A stretch of DNA of 64,000 nucleotides from an uncultured Candidatus Binatia bacterium (GTDB lineage Bacteria > Desulfobacterota > Binatia > UBA9968 > JAJDTQ01). Location of the stretch: the NCBI GenBank assembly GCA_965215605.1, contig OZ244070.1:3232001-3296000 (forward strand), given 5' to 3'. Under the pieces are notes generated by a model. It did no database searches. It worked only from the letters and a program-made list of their open reading frames with translations, and had not been told where the DNA came from. The translations under genes were made by a program, and so were the position numbers. Each line of letters begins with the position of its first letter. The stretch's first letter is position 1. Below, one piece after another: positions 38,014 through 48,360 of this stretch.

Positions 38014-39109
38014 GTTCGGCCTCCGCGTTGTCTCGCCACAGCAGCCCCACCAATCCTTGAGGCAGCAACAGCGTGATCAGCACGAACAGGGCGCCCAGGA
38101 AGAACAACCAGAACTCGGGCGCCACGCCGGTAAACCAGGTCTTGGCCGCGTTCACCGCCAGTGCTCCGACGATGGCTCCGGTGAGGTAGCCGCGTCCGCC
38201 CACGGCCACCCACACGGCGATCTCGATGGAGTGGGCGGGGGAGAACTCGCTCGGGTTGATGATGCCCACCTGCGGCACGTACAGGGCGCCGGCCAGCCCC
38301 GCCAGCACGCCGGATACGGAAAAGACGAAGAGCTTGGCGTAGGTGACCGAATAGCCGAGGAAGCGCACCCGCGCCTCCGCGTCACGGATGGCCGGGAGCA
38401 GCAGCCCGAGCTTGGAGCGGGTGATGAACCGGCACAGCAGGTAGCTCCCGCCCAGCGCCAGGACCGATGCCAGGTAAAGCCCGATGCGGGTCTCCGGCGC
38501 CTGAAGCGGGAAGCCGAGCACGTCCTTGAAGTCGGTAAGGCCGTTGTTGCCGCCGAATCCCATCTCGTTGCGGAAGAACGCCAGCATGAGCGCGAAGGTC
38601 AGAGCTTGGGTCATGATGGACAGGTAGACGCCGGTGATGCGGGACCGGAAAGCGAACCAGCCGAAGACGAAGGCGAGCAGGCCGGGCACCAGCAGCGCCA
38701 TGATGAGGGCGAAGGCAAAGTGGTCGAAGCCCCACCAGTACCACGGCAACTCGCTCCAGTTGAGAAAGACCATGAAGTCGGGCAGCTCGGCATGGCCGTA
38801 GACCCCGCGTTCGCCGATGGAGCGCATGAGGTACATGCCGAAGGCGTAACCTCCCAGCGCGAAGAACGCGCCGTGGCCCAGGCTGAGGACGCCCACGTAG
38901 CCCCACACCAGGTCGAGGCTCAGGGCCAGGATCGCGTAGCAGATGTACTTGCCGAGCAGAGGCACCCAGTGATCCGGGACATGAAGCAGCGAGCCCGGCT
39001 CCACGCCCAGGTTCAGCGCGGGCACGCCCACGATCAGCGCGAGGCCGGCGGTGACGAGCGCGATGCGGCGTTGGCGCTCCGAAGTCGACAGGTTCATGGC
39101 AGGGCTCAC
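38006..39109 (-). CDS. urtC: Urea ABC transporter permease UrtC
   Basis: LDLVWGY.G.LSLGHG, LPDFMVFL, GVYLSIMTQA, GGNNGLTDF; GTG start overlaps the urtB stop. Confidence 0.95.
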   Translation of the reverse strand: MSPAMNLSTSERQRRIALVTAGLALIVGVPALNLGVEPGSLLHVPDHWVPLLGKYICYAILALSLDLVWGYVGVLSLGHGAFFALGGYAFGMYLMRSIGERGVYGHAELPDFMVFLNWSELPWYWWGFDHFAFALIMALLVPGLLAFVFGWFAFRSRITGVYLSIMTQALTFALMLAFFRNEMGFGGNNGLTDFKDVLGFPLQAPETRIGLYLASVLALGGSYLLCRFITRSKLGLLLPAIRDAEARVRFLGYSVTYAKLFVFSVSGVLAGLAGALYVPQVGIINPSEFSPAHSIEIAVWVAVGGRGYLTGAIVGALAVNAAKTWFTGVAPEFWLFFLGALFVLITLLLPQGLVGLLWRDNAEAEHA

Positions 39110-40743
39110 GTTTCCGCCGCGCGTCCGCGCAGTGCGAACAGTCCCTGGGGACGGCGTTGGATGAACAGGATGATGGCGACCATCACCACCACCTTCCCCA
39201 GCACCGCACCCGCTACGGGTTCGAGAAACTTGTTGACGACGCCCAGGGTCATGGCGCCCACCAGCGTGCCCGAGAGGTTGCCGACGCCGCCGAAGACCAC
39301 GACCATGAACGAATCGACGATATAGAGCTGACCCAGGTTCGGGCTGACGTTGCCTATTTGGCTCAGGGCCACGCCCGCCATGCCCGCGAGGCCCGAGCCG
39401 AGGCCGAAAGTGAGCGAGTCCACCCGGGACGTGGGGATGCCCATGGTGGAGGCCATGGGGCGGTTCTGGGTGACCGCGCGGACGCTCAGGCCGAAGCCCG
39501 TGTAACGCAGAAGCAGCGCCATGGCGCCCAGCACCAGGAAGCAGAAGACGATCAGGTAGAGGCGGTTGTAGGTCAGCACGAACCCGCCCGCGACCTCCAG
39601 CCCGCCGCTCATCCACGAAGGGTTGGCCACTTCCTTGTTGGGCGCACCGAAGATCGAGCGCACCAGTTGCTGGAGGATCAGGCTGATGCCCCACGTGGCC
39701 AGCAGCGTTTCCAGCGGCCGGCCGTAGAGCCAGCGGATCACGCCCTTCTCGAGCACCACGCCGACGATTCCCGCCACCAGGAACGCGGCGGGAATCGCCA
39801 CGGCCAGGTACCAGTCGAACAGCGCCGCGGGGAGGAACGCGCGAAACAGCTCCTGCACCACGAACGTCGAGTAGGCGCCGAGCATGATCATCTCGCCGTG
39901 GGCCATGTTGATGACCCCCATGACCCCGAAGGTGATGGCGAGCCCGAGGGCCGCCAGCAGCAACACCGACCCCAGGCTGATGCCCTGGAACACGTTGAGG
40001 CCAAGGCCCAGGAAGAAGAGCGTGTCCTCGATGCGCTGGATGGCCGCGGCCGCGGCCTTGCGCACGGCTTCGTCCTGTTCCGGGTCGTTGGCAATGGCGC
40101 CCAGCAGCGAGCGCACGTCGGCGGCCGTGGAGTCGGACAGCGCCGCGACGGCGGCCAGCCGCTCCGCCGTGGAGCCGGCCTTGAGGCGGGCGCCCAGCAG
40201 CGCGAACTCCATGGCTTCGCGCACGGCAGCGTCGGTCTCCGCCGAAAGCGCGTTTTCAAGCAGCCCGATCATGCGCCCGGAGCCGTGGCTCAAGGCCGAC
40301 CGGGCCGCCGCCAGGCGCCGGTGGGGATCGCTGCTGAAGAGATCGAGCTGGCTCAACGCCGCCTTGATGGCGCCGCGAACACGGTTGTTGACCCTGATTT
40401 TCTTGACCGCGCGCCGCTTCGCGCCCCCGAGGAGCTCTCCGGACAGGGCGTCGGTCAGGCGGTAGCCTTTGCCGGCCTTCTCGATGATCACCAGCCTGCC
40501 GTCGGTCTTGCGGTGGTACAGCCGTCCGTCCCGCAGGGCTTCCAGCAAAGGGATGACCTTGGGGTCGCCGAGGCTCGCCAGCCTCCCCACGACGTCGGCC
40601 TTCTGCTTGAAACCGCCGGTCTTGAGCTGCGACGCCACGTCGGCTACCTGCGCCGCTCGCACGCCGGCCGAAAGCGCGAGACTCAGGCACGCAAGCACGA
40701 GAAGGACGAGGAGGGGTCGCCGCCCCTTTGGGTCAATGTCCAT
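39106..40743 (-). CDS. urtB: Urea ABC transporter permease UrtB
   Basis: GLAITFGVMGVINMAHGE, LYGRPLETLLATWGISL, RAVTQNR. Confidence 0.95.
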   Translation of the reverse strand: MDIDPKGRRPLLVLLVLACLSLALSAGVRAAQVADVASQLKTGGFKQKADVVGRLASLGDPKVIPLLEALRDGRLYHRKTDGRLVIIEKAGKGYRLTDALSGELLGGAKRRAVKKIRVNNRVRGAIKAALSQLDLFSSDPHRRLAAARSALSHGSGRMIGLLENALSAETDAAVREAMEFALLGARLKAGSTAERLAAVAALSDSTAADVRSLLGAIANDPEQDEAVRKAAAAAIQRIEDTLFFLGLGLNVFQGISLGSVLLLAALGLAITFGVMGVINMAHGEMIMLGAYSTFVVQELFRAFLPAALFDWYLAVAIPAAFLVAGIVGVVLEKGVIRWLYGRPLETLLATWGISLILQQLVRSIFGAPNKEVANPSWMSGGLEVAGGFVLTYNRLYLIVFCFLVLGAMALLLRYTGFGLSVRAVTQNRPMASTMGIPTSRVDSLTFGLGSGLAGMAGVALSQIGNVSPNLGQLYIVDSFMVVVFGGVGNLSGTLVGAMTLGVVNKFLEPVAGAVLGKVVVMVAIILFIQRRPQGLFALRGRAAET

Positions 40744-40816
40744 GGATGGGATCCGTTGACGGTCCGGGCCCGCCACGTGGCGGGCCCGGCGTCATCGAGT
40801 GAATCGACGGCAGCCG

Positions 40817-42118
40817 TCAATTGGTGAACTTCGGGTTCTCGCAGTTGCCGCAGACCCAGGGGTAGGCCCAGTCGGCGGTGAGCTTGGCGCTCTCCGGAAT
40901 GTACGGGCTCCAGGCGTCGGCCTTGATGGGGCCCTCGGTCTCCCACACGACCTCGAACTGTCCGTCGGGCTGGATCTCTCCGATCATCACGGGCTTCGAG
41001 AGGTGGTGGTTGGTGTTCATGACGATGTCGAACCCGCTTGGGGACGTGACGGCCTGGCCGTACATCGCCTGCCGGACCGCGTCCACGTTCGCCGTGCCTG
41101 CCTGCTTCACGGCCTGGCTCCACATGTTGAAGCCGATGGCGGTGGCTTCCATGGGATCGTTGGTGACCCGCTTGGTGTCCTTGATGTAGGCGTGCCACTT
41201 CTCGATGAAGGCCTCGTTCTCGGGCGAGTCCACGGACTGGAAGTAGTTCCACGCCGCGAGATGGCCCACCAAGTTGCTGGTGTCGATGCCGGCCAGCTCT
41301 TCCTCGCCCACGGAGAAGGCCACCACCGGGATGTCGTCCGCGTTGATGCCCTGGTTGGCCAGCTCCTTGTAGAACGGCACGTTGGCGTCGCCGTTGATGG
41401 TCGAGACCACCGCGGTCTTCTTGCCGGCGGAGGCGAACTTCTTGATGTCCGCCACGATGGTCTGCCAGTCCGAGTGACCGAAGGGCGTGTAGTTGATCAT
41501 GATGTCTTCGGACGCGACGCCCTTGGACGTCAGAAAGGCCTCCAGGATCTTGTTGGTGGTGCGTGGGTAGACGTAGTCGGTGCCCGCCAGGACCCAGCGC
41601 TCGACGCTGCCGCCGTCCTCGCTCATGAGGTACTCCACCGCCGGAATGGCTTGCTGGTTCGGCGCCGCGCCGGTGTAGAAGACGTTCCTGGAGCTTTCCT
41701 CGCCTTCGTACTGGACGGGGTAGAACAGCAACCCGTTCAACTCCTCGAAGACCGGAAGCACCGACTTCCGCGACACCGAGGTCCAGCAGCCGAACACCAC
41801 GTCCACCTTGTGCTTGGACAGCAGCTCGCGCGCCTTTTCCGCGAACAGCGGCCAGTTGGAGGCCGGATCCACCACCACCGCCTCCACCTTCTTGCCCAGA
41901 AGGCCGCCTTTCTTGTTGAGGTCGTCCACCATCATCAACACGGTGTCCTTCAGCGTGGTCTCGCTGATGGCCATGGTGCCGGACAGCGAATGCAGCACGC
42001 CGACCTTGATGGTGTCGGCGGCCTGGGCCGCGTGGCTCGCGAGCAGGGCCGCGGCGGCCAGCACCGGCAAGATCCGGTACAAGAATCGAAATGCGGGTTT
42101 GTTCAGAGACTTTCGCAT
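40817..42118 (-). CDS. urtA: Urea ABC transporter substrate-binding protein UrtA
   Basis: Signal peptide; IKVGVLHSLSGTMAISE, FGCWTSVSRKSVLP, YPVQYEG, GAAPNQQ. Confidence 0.97.
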   Translation of the reverse strand: MRKSLNKPAFRFLYRILPVLAAAALLASHAAQAADTIKVGVLHSLSGTMAISETTLKDTVLMMVDDLNKKGGLLGKKVEAVVVDPASNWPLFAEKARELLSKHKVDVVFGCWTSVSRKSVLPVFEELNGLLFYPVQYEGEESSRNVFYTGAAPNQQAIPAVEYLMSEDGGSVERWVLAGTDYVYPRTTNKILEAFLTSKGVASEDIMINYTPFGHSDWQTIVADIKKFASAGKKTAVVSTINGDANVPFYKELANQGINADDIPVVAFSVGEEELAGIDTSNLVGHLAAWNYFQSVDSPENEAFIEKWHAYIKDTKRVTNDPMEATAIGFNMWSQAVKQAGTANVDAVRQAMYGQAVTSPSGFDIVMNTNHHLSKPVMIGEIQPDGQFEVVWETEGPIKADAWSPYIPESAKLTADWAYPWVCGNCENPKFTN

Positions 42119-42157
42119 GGGGTCCTCCCTCGTGTGTGAATTTCTGCAAGGGAATAA

Positions 42158-42174
42158 AGCAACACGCGTGCCAA
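42158..42174 (-). promoter_or_regulatory. Sigma54 (-24/-12) promoter of the urt-ure operon
   Basis: Minus strand TTGGCAC-GCGTG-TTGCT matches the TGGCAC-N5-TTGC consensus, ~40 bp upstream of urtA. Confidence 0.8.
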
Positions 42175-42355
42175 GTGCGGAATTGCCGCGCGCCGGGCGC
42201 TCGAACGGCCGTAAACAGGGGACTTGGTTGAGAAGAGGGGAGTACCGGCTCGCGCGATCTGGAAGCGCGTTCCGCTATCCAGAATCTAGGCAACTGTGCA
42301 GAAGTTGGGCAGGCGGTCGGGGCAGGGCTCAGGACGAACGGGGCAGGGGTTTGCC

Positions 42356-43558
42356 TCAGGGCCGCGCGGGCTCCGGGAGCGGGGCGTCGGGCGAACGGAT
42401 GGCGATGTAGATCATCACGGCCGACGAGAGCAGGATCAGGCTCATGATCTGCAGGAAGCCGTCGTAGGTGCCGTAAACGTCGAAGTAGACGCCCGCCAGG
42501 AAGGGGCCTCCGGCGGAGCCGACCTGGTGGACGATGAAGCTCAGGCCCATGATCAGGCCCGCCAGCCTTGGTCCCACCATCTCGAAGAACATGACGTTCT
42601 GTATCGCAATGGTGCCGAAGGTCGGCCCCATGGCCAGCGCCACCACGATGTAGAAGGCCAACGGGTTCGAGAAGTCGAAGGACATGGCCAGGGTGCCGAA
42701 GCCGCGGAAGAGGTAGCTGAGGGCCAGCATCTGGGAGCGGCCGTAGCGGTCGGACAGCCAGCCGAAGCTGAGGGCGGAGACGGCGGCGGCGATGCCGAAG
42801 ACGGACACGGCGATGGCTCCGATGGCCGGGTCGAAGTCCTTGCTCAGTGCGATGCCCACCAGATGCACGCTCTGGAACAGCGCCACGCCGCAGGAGAACC
42901 GCGCCGCGAACAGCAGCAGCATGGTGCGGTCCCGCAGGTAGGGGAGGCAGCTTCCCCAGGTCGCGGCCTCGCGCCGGCTGCCGGAGGAAGGGGCCGGGTC
43001 GCGCGCGCCGATCCACCCGAACGGAAACGCCACCACCAGGAGCAGCACCCCGCACGCGAAGGCGGCCACCCGCCAGTTGTAGCTGCCGATGAGCAGGTAC
43101 AGCAGCGGCGCCAGGAAGAACGGGCTCAGCGGCGACGCCGTCTGGACGATGCTCACCACGAAGCCGCGGCGGTTGGCATCGTAGTGCTTTGCCACCAGCA
43201 GCGAGATGATCACCAGCCCGCAGGCGCCTTTGGCCATGCCGGTCATGATTCCGAAGGTCAGGCATAGCTGCCACAGGTTCTGCGACAGCCCCATGCCGAA
43301 GAAACCGGCGGCCATGAGGAGAATCCCGCCCAGGATCACCGGACGGGTGCCGAGGTCGTCCGCCTTCTTGCCGAACAGCACCCCGCCGATGCCCCAGCCC
43401 AGCATGGCGAAGACGTAGGGAATCGTCGCGGTGGCGCGGGACCAGCCGAAGGTGTCCTCGATGGGCGTCAGGAACAGGCTGAACGCGTTCATGCTGATGG
43501 ACGTGATGACCACGACCGCAGCGGAGAACAGCACGATGAGGCTACGCGGGAGCTGCAT
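42356..43558 (-). CDS. MFS transporter
   Basis: ~12 hydrophobic segments; G..ADDLG.R and GWLSDRYGR motif-A copies. Confidence 0.92.
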   Translation of the reverse strand: MQLPRSLIVLFSAAVVVITSISMNAFSLFLTPIEDTFGWSRATATIPYVFAMLGWGIGGVLFGKKADDLGTRPVILGGILLMAAGFFGMGLSQNLWQLCLTFGIMTGMAKGACGLVIISLLVAKHYDANRRGFVVSIVQTASPLSPFFLAPLLYLLIGSYNWRVAAFACGVLLLVVAFPFGWIGARDPAPSSGSRREAATWGSCLPYLRDRTMLLLFAARFSCGVALFQSVHLVGIALSKDFDPAIGAIAVSVFGIAAAVSALSFGWLSDRYGRSQMLALSYLFRGFGTLAMSFDFSNPLAFYIVVALAMGPTFGTIAIQNVMFFEMVGPRLAGLIMGLSFIVHQVGSAGGPFLAGVYFDVYGTYDGFLQIMSLILLSSAVMIYIAIRSPDAPLPEPARP

Positions 43559-43645
43559 TTCCAACTCGGGAAGTGACGCCCGCCAACGGGCGGGGCGCCG
43601 GGCACGCGGTTGCTGGCGGCACGAACACGGGGGTCCGCCCGTTAC

Positions 43646-44668
43646 TCATGCGAGGTATCCCCGCTCCCGGTAGAAGCGCCTGGCGCCCGGATGAAGGGGG
43701 ACGTCGTAAGGCGCCTCCTCGTCGTTGGCGCAGAGCTGCGCGATGTCGAGAGGCTTGAAGTTGTCGGTGGGGATGGTCTTCCTGCGGAGTTCGAGGGCTT
43801 CGCAGAGGGCATGGGCCACGTCCTTGTGCATGTCCGCGCGCACCACCATGGGCCAGCCGCTGAAGTCGACGGTGGGCACGTCCTCGGTCATGCCCTTGAA
43901 GTGCGTCTTGGGCAACAACGCGCCGCGGTACCCCATGGCCTTGAGCCGCCGCAGCACCGGCCCGTCGATGGGCAGGTAACGAAAGCCCCGGTCCACCGCG
44001 GTTTGCCCCCAGCTCTTGATCCCCTCGTCGAACACCGCGTTCACCGTGCCGTCCTCGATGGCCGCGCGCCGGTCCGGGTGGCTCGGCCGCGTGACCGATT
44101 GGATCCGGCCGCCCCACTTGCGGATGTCGGCGACCGTCATGCCGGCGGCCCCGAGGATGGAGGCCACGGTGAACGCCACCGGCGTATCCACCAGGCTGCG
44201 CTTGCCGGTGGGGCCGGTGGAGAGGTTCAGCGGGATGCGGTCCCTGGCGATCTGCTGCAACGACGTGATACCGGTGGACTCGTGCACCGCGAAGCCCATG
44301 ACGTCCCAGGACGGGAATACGGCGATGGTCCGCAGGGGCATGCGTCCTTCGAGCGGCCCTTTCCCCCTGTAGGCGAGGGTGACCGATGCCGACGGGTTGA
44401 TCCAGGCCATGGAAATCTTGCCGTCGGCGAGCATTTTGAGCTCGCGGAAACTGTCGGCGCCGAAGGAAAGGGACACGCAGTCGACCTGGCCGCCCCGTGG
44501 CAGCAGCGACAACTGCAGGTAGTAACCGAGCCGGGCGTCGGTCTGGAGCACGCCTTCCGCCGCCCGGCGGGTCTGGTGGGAGAGGGAGGTCTCGTACAGC
44601 CCCGAGGCCACCTCGAGCATGCCCTTCACCCGTTGTATCGCCGCGTTGTAGCGCCGTCTGGTGGCCAT
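43646..44668 (-). CDS. TAXI-like solute-binding protein
   Basis: LRTIAVFPSWD, TGITSL, C-terminal VPLHPGARRFYRERG. Confidence 0.75.
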   Translation of the reverse strand: MATRRRYNAAIQRVKGMLEVASGLYETSLSHQTRRAAEGVLQTDARLGYYLQLSLLPRGGQVDCVSLSFGADSFRELKMLADGKISMAWINPSASVTLAYRGKGPLEGRMPLRTIAVFPSWDVMGFAVHESTGITSLQQIARDRIPLNLSTGPTGKRSLVDTPVAFTVASILGAAGMTVADIRKWGGRIQSVTRPSHPDRRAAIEDGTVNAVFDEGIKSWGQTAVDRGFRYLPIDGPVLRRLKAMGYRGALLPKTHFKGMTEDVPTVDFSGWPMVVRADMHKDVAHALCEALELRRKTIPTDNFKPLDIAQLCANDEEAPYDVPLHPGARRFYRERGYLA

Positions 44669-44677
44669 GGCCCGGTT

Positions 44678-45766
44678 CTAGAGGGCGTAGAGCGCCTTGG
44701 GATTGTGGTACAGGATGTTGTCCTTCCGCTCCTGGCTGATGTCGTCCATCTTCTTCAGGTCCAGGATGGCGTCCATCTCGCTGGACGGGTCCGTGTGGCC
44801 GTAGTCGGTGCCGATGACCAGGTTGCCCTCGCCCGAGTACTTGAGGACGTAGGGGATGTCGTCGTTGGTCTGGCAGGTGACGTAGATGCCGTACTCCGCG
44901 AACAGGTCCTTCGGGAACTCGCGCCCGGCCGCATGGTAGCGGTTCTCGCTCTCCAGGTAGATCCACGGCACCCATTGGGAGGAGGCTTCGATGAAGCTCC
45001 AGCGGAGGTCCGGGAAGACCTGGGGAATCTCGCTCATGATGAGTCCCAGGCACGACGTCACCGTGGGCGCCCGGAACATGGCGAAACGGCCCGCCGTGGT
45101 GGGGCGGTAGGTGTCGCAGTTGCCGGGGTTGCCGTTGGCGATGTGCACCGCGATGGCCAGGTCCAGATCACTGGCCGTCTGGTAGATGGGGTAGAAGTAC
45201 GGGTCGCACATGTCCCGGTCCCCCTCCAGGGGCCGCATGCACACCGCCACCGCGCCGTCCTCCTTGGCCTGCCTGATCTGCGCCGCGGCCTCGTCCAGCG
45301 CCAGCACCGGCACCACGCAGGACCACCGCAGCCGGCCTTCGCTCTGCCGGTAGATGTCGCCCAGCCACCGGTTCCAGCTCCGGCACAACGCCGCCTCCAC
45401 GTCCGGCTTGGTGGTGATCTGCTCGATCCAGAAGGTGTTGTGGAGCACCTGGACGTCCACCCCCAGCTTTTCCATGTGGTCGAGCCGGAGCTGGACGTCG
45501 TCCAGCTCCCGGGCCGCCTGGGGCGACTCGACGTTGCGGCCGAACTGGTCCGACAGGTCCCGCAGTTGCTGTTCGCTATAGGTGGGGAAACGGAACCCGC
45601 GGATTTTCTCGTCGATGACCCAGTACTGGAGGGTGGGCTCCTGGGGCGACGAGAACAGCGTGGGCCGGAACTTCTGCTCCGACGGTTCCAGATAGTCCCA
45701 CGTGTGTTCGGTTTCGATCACATGGGCGTCCGCATCGATGACCGGGAGCTCTTCCTGACTGGACAT
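44678..45766 (-). CDS. Amidohydrolase family protein (Amidohydro_2)
   Basis: IDADAH, AVH, FPDLRWSFIEA, GTDYGHTD, ILYHNP. Confidence 0.92.
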   Translation of the reverse strand: MSSQEELPVIDADAHVIETEHTWDYLEPSEQKFRPTLFSSPQEPTLQYWVIDEKIRGFRFPTYSEQQLRDLSDQFGRNVESPQAARELDDVQLRLDHMEKLGVDVQVLHNTFWIEQITTKPDVEAALCRSWNRWLGDIYRQSEGRLRWSCVVPVLALDEAAAQIRQAKEDGAVAVCMRPLEGDRDMCDPYFYPIYQTASDLDLAIAVHIANGNPGNCDTYRPTTAGRFAMFRAPTVTSCLGLIMSEIPQVFPDLRWSFIEASSQWVPWIYLESENRYHAAGREFPKDLFAEYGIYVTCQTNDDIPYVLKYSGEGNLVIGTDYGHTDPSSEMDAILDLKKMDDISQERKDNILYHNPKALYAL

Positions 45767-45921
45767 GGCGCGACTCCTTGATACGCTACGCGGCCGGGAT
45801 ATCCCGGCCGCAACGGCTATACCCGACGCTCATGGCCGGGCGGTGGGCTTCTCTCTGTTTAATTCGACCAACGGGCCTCGTTTGTCAACCGCTGGACCGG
45901 TCGGCAGGCCCCGGCGGCGGG

Positions 45922-46686
45922 TCAATGCAGGTTGGCGCCGCCGTTCACCAGGATGGACTGGCCGGTGACGAAGGCGCTCATCTCCGACAGCAGGTACAGC
46001 GCGGTCCCCACCACGTCGTCCGGCTTTTCGATGCGTTGCAGCATGCGCTTGGCCGCGGAGCGCTCGTAGTCCTGAAGGGCGTCCTCGGTGGGCTCCGGCT
46101 CGCTGGCGGTGGAGCCCGGGGCCAGCGTGTTCACGCGGATGTTGTCCGGGCCCAGCTCACGCGCGAGCACACGGGTGAAGCCCACCACCGCCGCCTTCGA
46201 CACCACGTAGTGCATCATGCCGCCGCCGCCGTTGTAGGCCATGTTGGAGGCGATGTTCACGATGCTGCCCTGCCGGCGCTCCTGCATGGCCGGCGCCACC
46301 GCGCGGCTGCACAGCCACAGCCCCTTGACGTTCACCGCCATCACCCGGTCCCACTCGTCTTCGGCGATGTCCTGAAACCCGGAGCGCGTGACCGGCACGC
46401 TCATGAAGACCGCGGCGTTGTTCACCAGCCCGTCGATCCTCCCGAACGCTTCCAGGGCGGCCTCGGCCATGGCCTGGCAGCTCGAGAAGTCGGACACGTC
46501 GGTCTGCGCCCCCAGGGCCTGGCCGCCGCTTCGGGCAACCTCCCGGGCCACGGACTCGGCGGCGTCCCCGTCGATATCCGCGGCCACGGGGATGCCCCCC
46601 TCGCGCGCGATGCCCAGACAATAGGCCCGCCCGATGCCGTTGCCTCCTCCGGTGACGATGACGACTTTCCGATCCAGCAGACCCAT
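45922..46686 (-). CDS. SDR family oxidoreductase
   Basis: TGGGNGIG, NNAA, YVVSK, IRVNTLAPG. Confidence 0.95.
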   Translation of the reverse strand: MGLLDRKVVIVTGGGNGIGRAYCLGIAREGGIPVAADIDGDAAESVAREVARSGGQALGAQTDVSDFSSCQAMAEAALEAFGRIDGLVNNAAVFMSVPVTRSGFQDIAEDEWDRVMAVNVKGLWLCSRAVAPAMQERRQGSIVNIASNMAYNGGGGMMHYVVSKAAVVGFTRVLARELGPDNIRVNTLAPGSTASEPEPTEDALQDYERSAAKRMLQRIEKPDDVVGTALYLLSEMSAFVTGQSILVNGGANLH

Positions 46687-46884
46687 GATGGTTCCTTTCT
46701 TGGCGGACACGCGTGGAGAACTCTGCGGCAGGTTGCAACCATCGGGATTCCTTGTCAAGGCGCCTCCCGCCGCCCGGACCTCCCGACCACTCCCGGCCCC
46801 CCGGCCCCGGGTCAAGCCCCGCACACCGTTCGCCGCGTGCGCGGCCCTCTTCTACAACCGGCCCCCGATTGCTACGTTGACCCA

Positions 46885-47334
46885 ATGGACCACCGCGCCA
46901 ACCTCCTGGAACGGGACGACGACATTCAGGACCTGATCGCCTCGGTCCGCCGCATCGCCGTCCTCGGTATCAAGACCGAGGAGCAGGCCTTCCAGCCGGC
47001 GTTCTACGTGCCGCGGTACCTGGACCGGGCGGGCTTCGACGTGATCCCCGTGCCCGTGTACTACCCGGACGTGACGGAGATTCTCGGCAAGCCGGTGTAC
47101 CGCCGGCTGGCGGACATCCCCGGCGCGGTAGACCTGGTGAACGTGTTCCGGCGCCCCCAAGACATCGACCCGCATCTCGACGACATGCTGGCCGCGAAAC
47201 CCGCGGGGGTGTGGTTCCAGTCCGGCATCCGCCATCAGGCCGTGGCCGAGGCGCTGGCGCGGGCGGGCATCAAGGTGGTCCAGGACCGCTGACTCATGGT
47301 GGAGCACCGGTCGCCGGCGGCGACCGTCCCGTAA
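46885..47334 (+). CDS. YccU-like CoA-binding protein with in-frame TGA (candidate selenocysteine) at 47290
   Basis: IAVLG, DLVNVFRR, VWFQSGI, VVQDR-TGA-LMVEHR; the family C-terminus is normally DRC(L/I)..EH; downstream hairpin at 47308-47326. If TGA is a stop, the ORF ends at 47292. Confidence 0.8.
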
Positions 47335-47350
47335 CCGCTTCCGGGTTGCC

Positions 47351-48229
47351 TTACCCGAGGGCGAGGATCCAACACAGTAACACGGCGAGGGCTGCCACGA
47401 CGCCGATCCTGAGCTGCGCGCGCGGGTCCTCCGGACGGTCCACGGTTGCCGCCAGCAAGCCGCCCACGGCTCCGCCCGCGGCAAACCCCCAGAAATGCGC
47501 CCACAGGTCCGTCCGCTGGCCCCCGGTGCCAAGCATGGCGAGGATCGCCAGTCCCGCGGCCAGCGGCACCCAGGCGCGCCGTCCCCGGACGCCGATGCGC
47601 CGCCGACGCGCCACCTGCGTCCCCCCCAGCACGCCGAGCGCGCCGAAGACCGCGGTGGAGGCGCCGACCGAGATGTGGTCGAAGCCGTAGAACCAGGCGT
47701 TGCAGAGGTTCCCCAGCGCGCCTGCGCCCAGCACCAGGGCCGCCCCGACCCCCGGCCCCTCGGAACGGCACACCGCGGTCAGGAAGAACAGCATGGCCAC
47801 GGCGTTGGAGCCCACGTGGGGCAGATCGGCGTGCAGGGTGAGGGCGGTGATCGTGCGCCACAGCTCGCCGTCGAGGATGAGCTCGGCGGCGGCGCCGCCG
47901 CGGGCGACCCAGCGCACCGTCCCGTGGGTCCAGGCGGCGAAGAAGTGGAACGCCAGCAGGCCCGTCGCGACCGCCGCGCCCGTGTAGAGAGGCGCCTTAC
48001 CTGTCCACACCTCCTCTTCCGGATCGGCGGTACGGGTCTCGCTCTCGTAGTCCCAGAGCTCCGTCACCGCCCGCTCCAGGTGTTGCGAGGGCACCGAGAG
48101 GACCCAGCCCCCGGAAGCGCGCGCCAGACGCGGGCGCAGGCCCTCCGCTTCCAGCACCAGGGCCCACTCCTCGGCCATGCGGAGATTCGGCGTCCTGCGT
48201 ACGATGATTTCCCGTCCTGCCTGCGTCAT
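47351..48229 (-). CDS. Rhomboid family intramembrane serine protease
   Basis: WR..TALTLHAD..H...N, VGASTAVFG (catalytic Ser), AHFWGF (catalytic His). Confidence 0.9.
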   Translation of the reverse strand: MTQAGREIIVRRTPNLRMAEEWALVLEAEGLRPRLARASGGWVLSVPSQHLERAVTELWDYESETRTADPEEEVWTGKAPLYTGAAVATGLLAFHFFAAWTHGTVRWVARGGAAAELILDGELWRTITALTLHADLPHVGSNAVAMLFFLTAVCRSEGPGVGAALVLGAGALGNLCNAWFYGFDHISVGASTAVFGALGVLGGTQVARRRRIGVRGRRAWVPLAAGLAILAMLGTGGQRTDLWAHFWGFAAGGAVGGLLAATVDRPEDPRAQLRIGVVAALAVLLCWILALG

Positions 48230-48360
48230 GGGCGTCGCTTCGAATCCGTCATCGATACGAAATGAGTGTCCTGACCCCACGTGTGCAGACATCCGGATAC
48301 TGGCGCATGGGACGTAGATACAAGACACGAATAGCGGCTTCAACTGCCGCCGCCGCGGTC

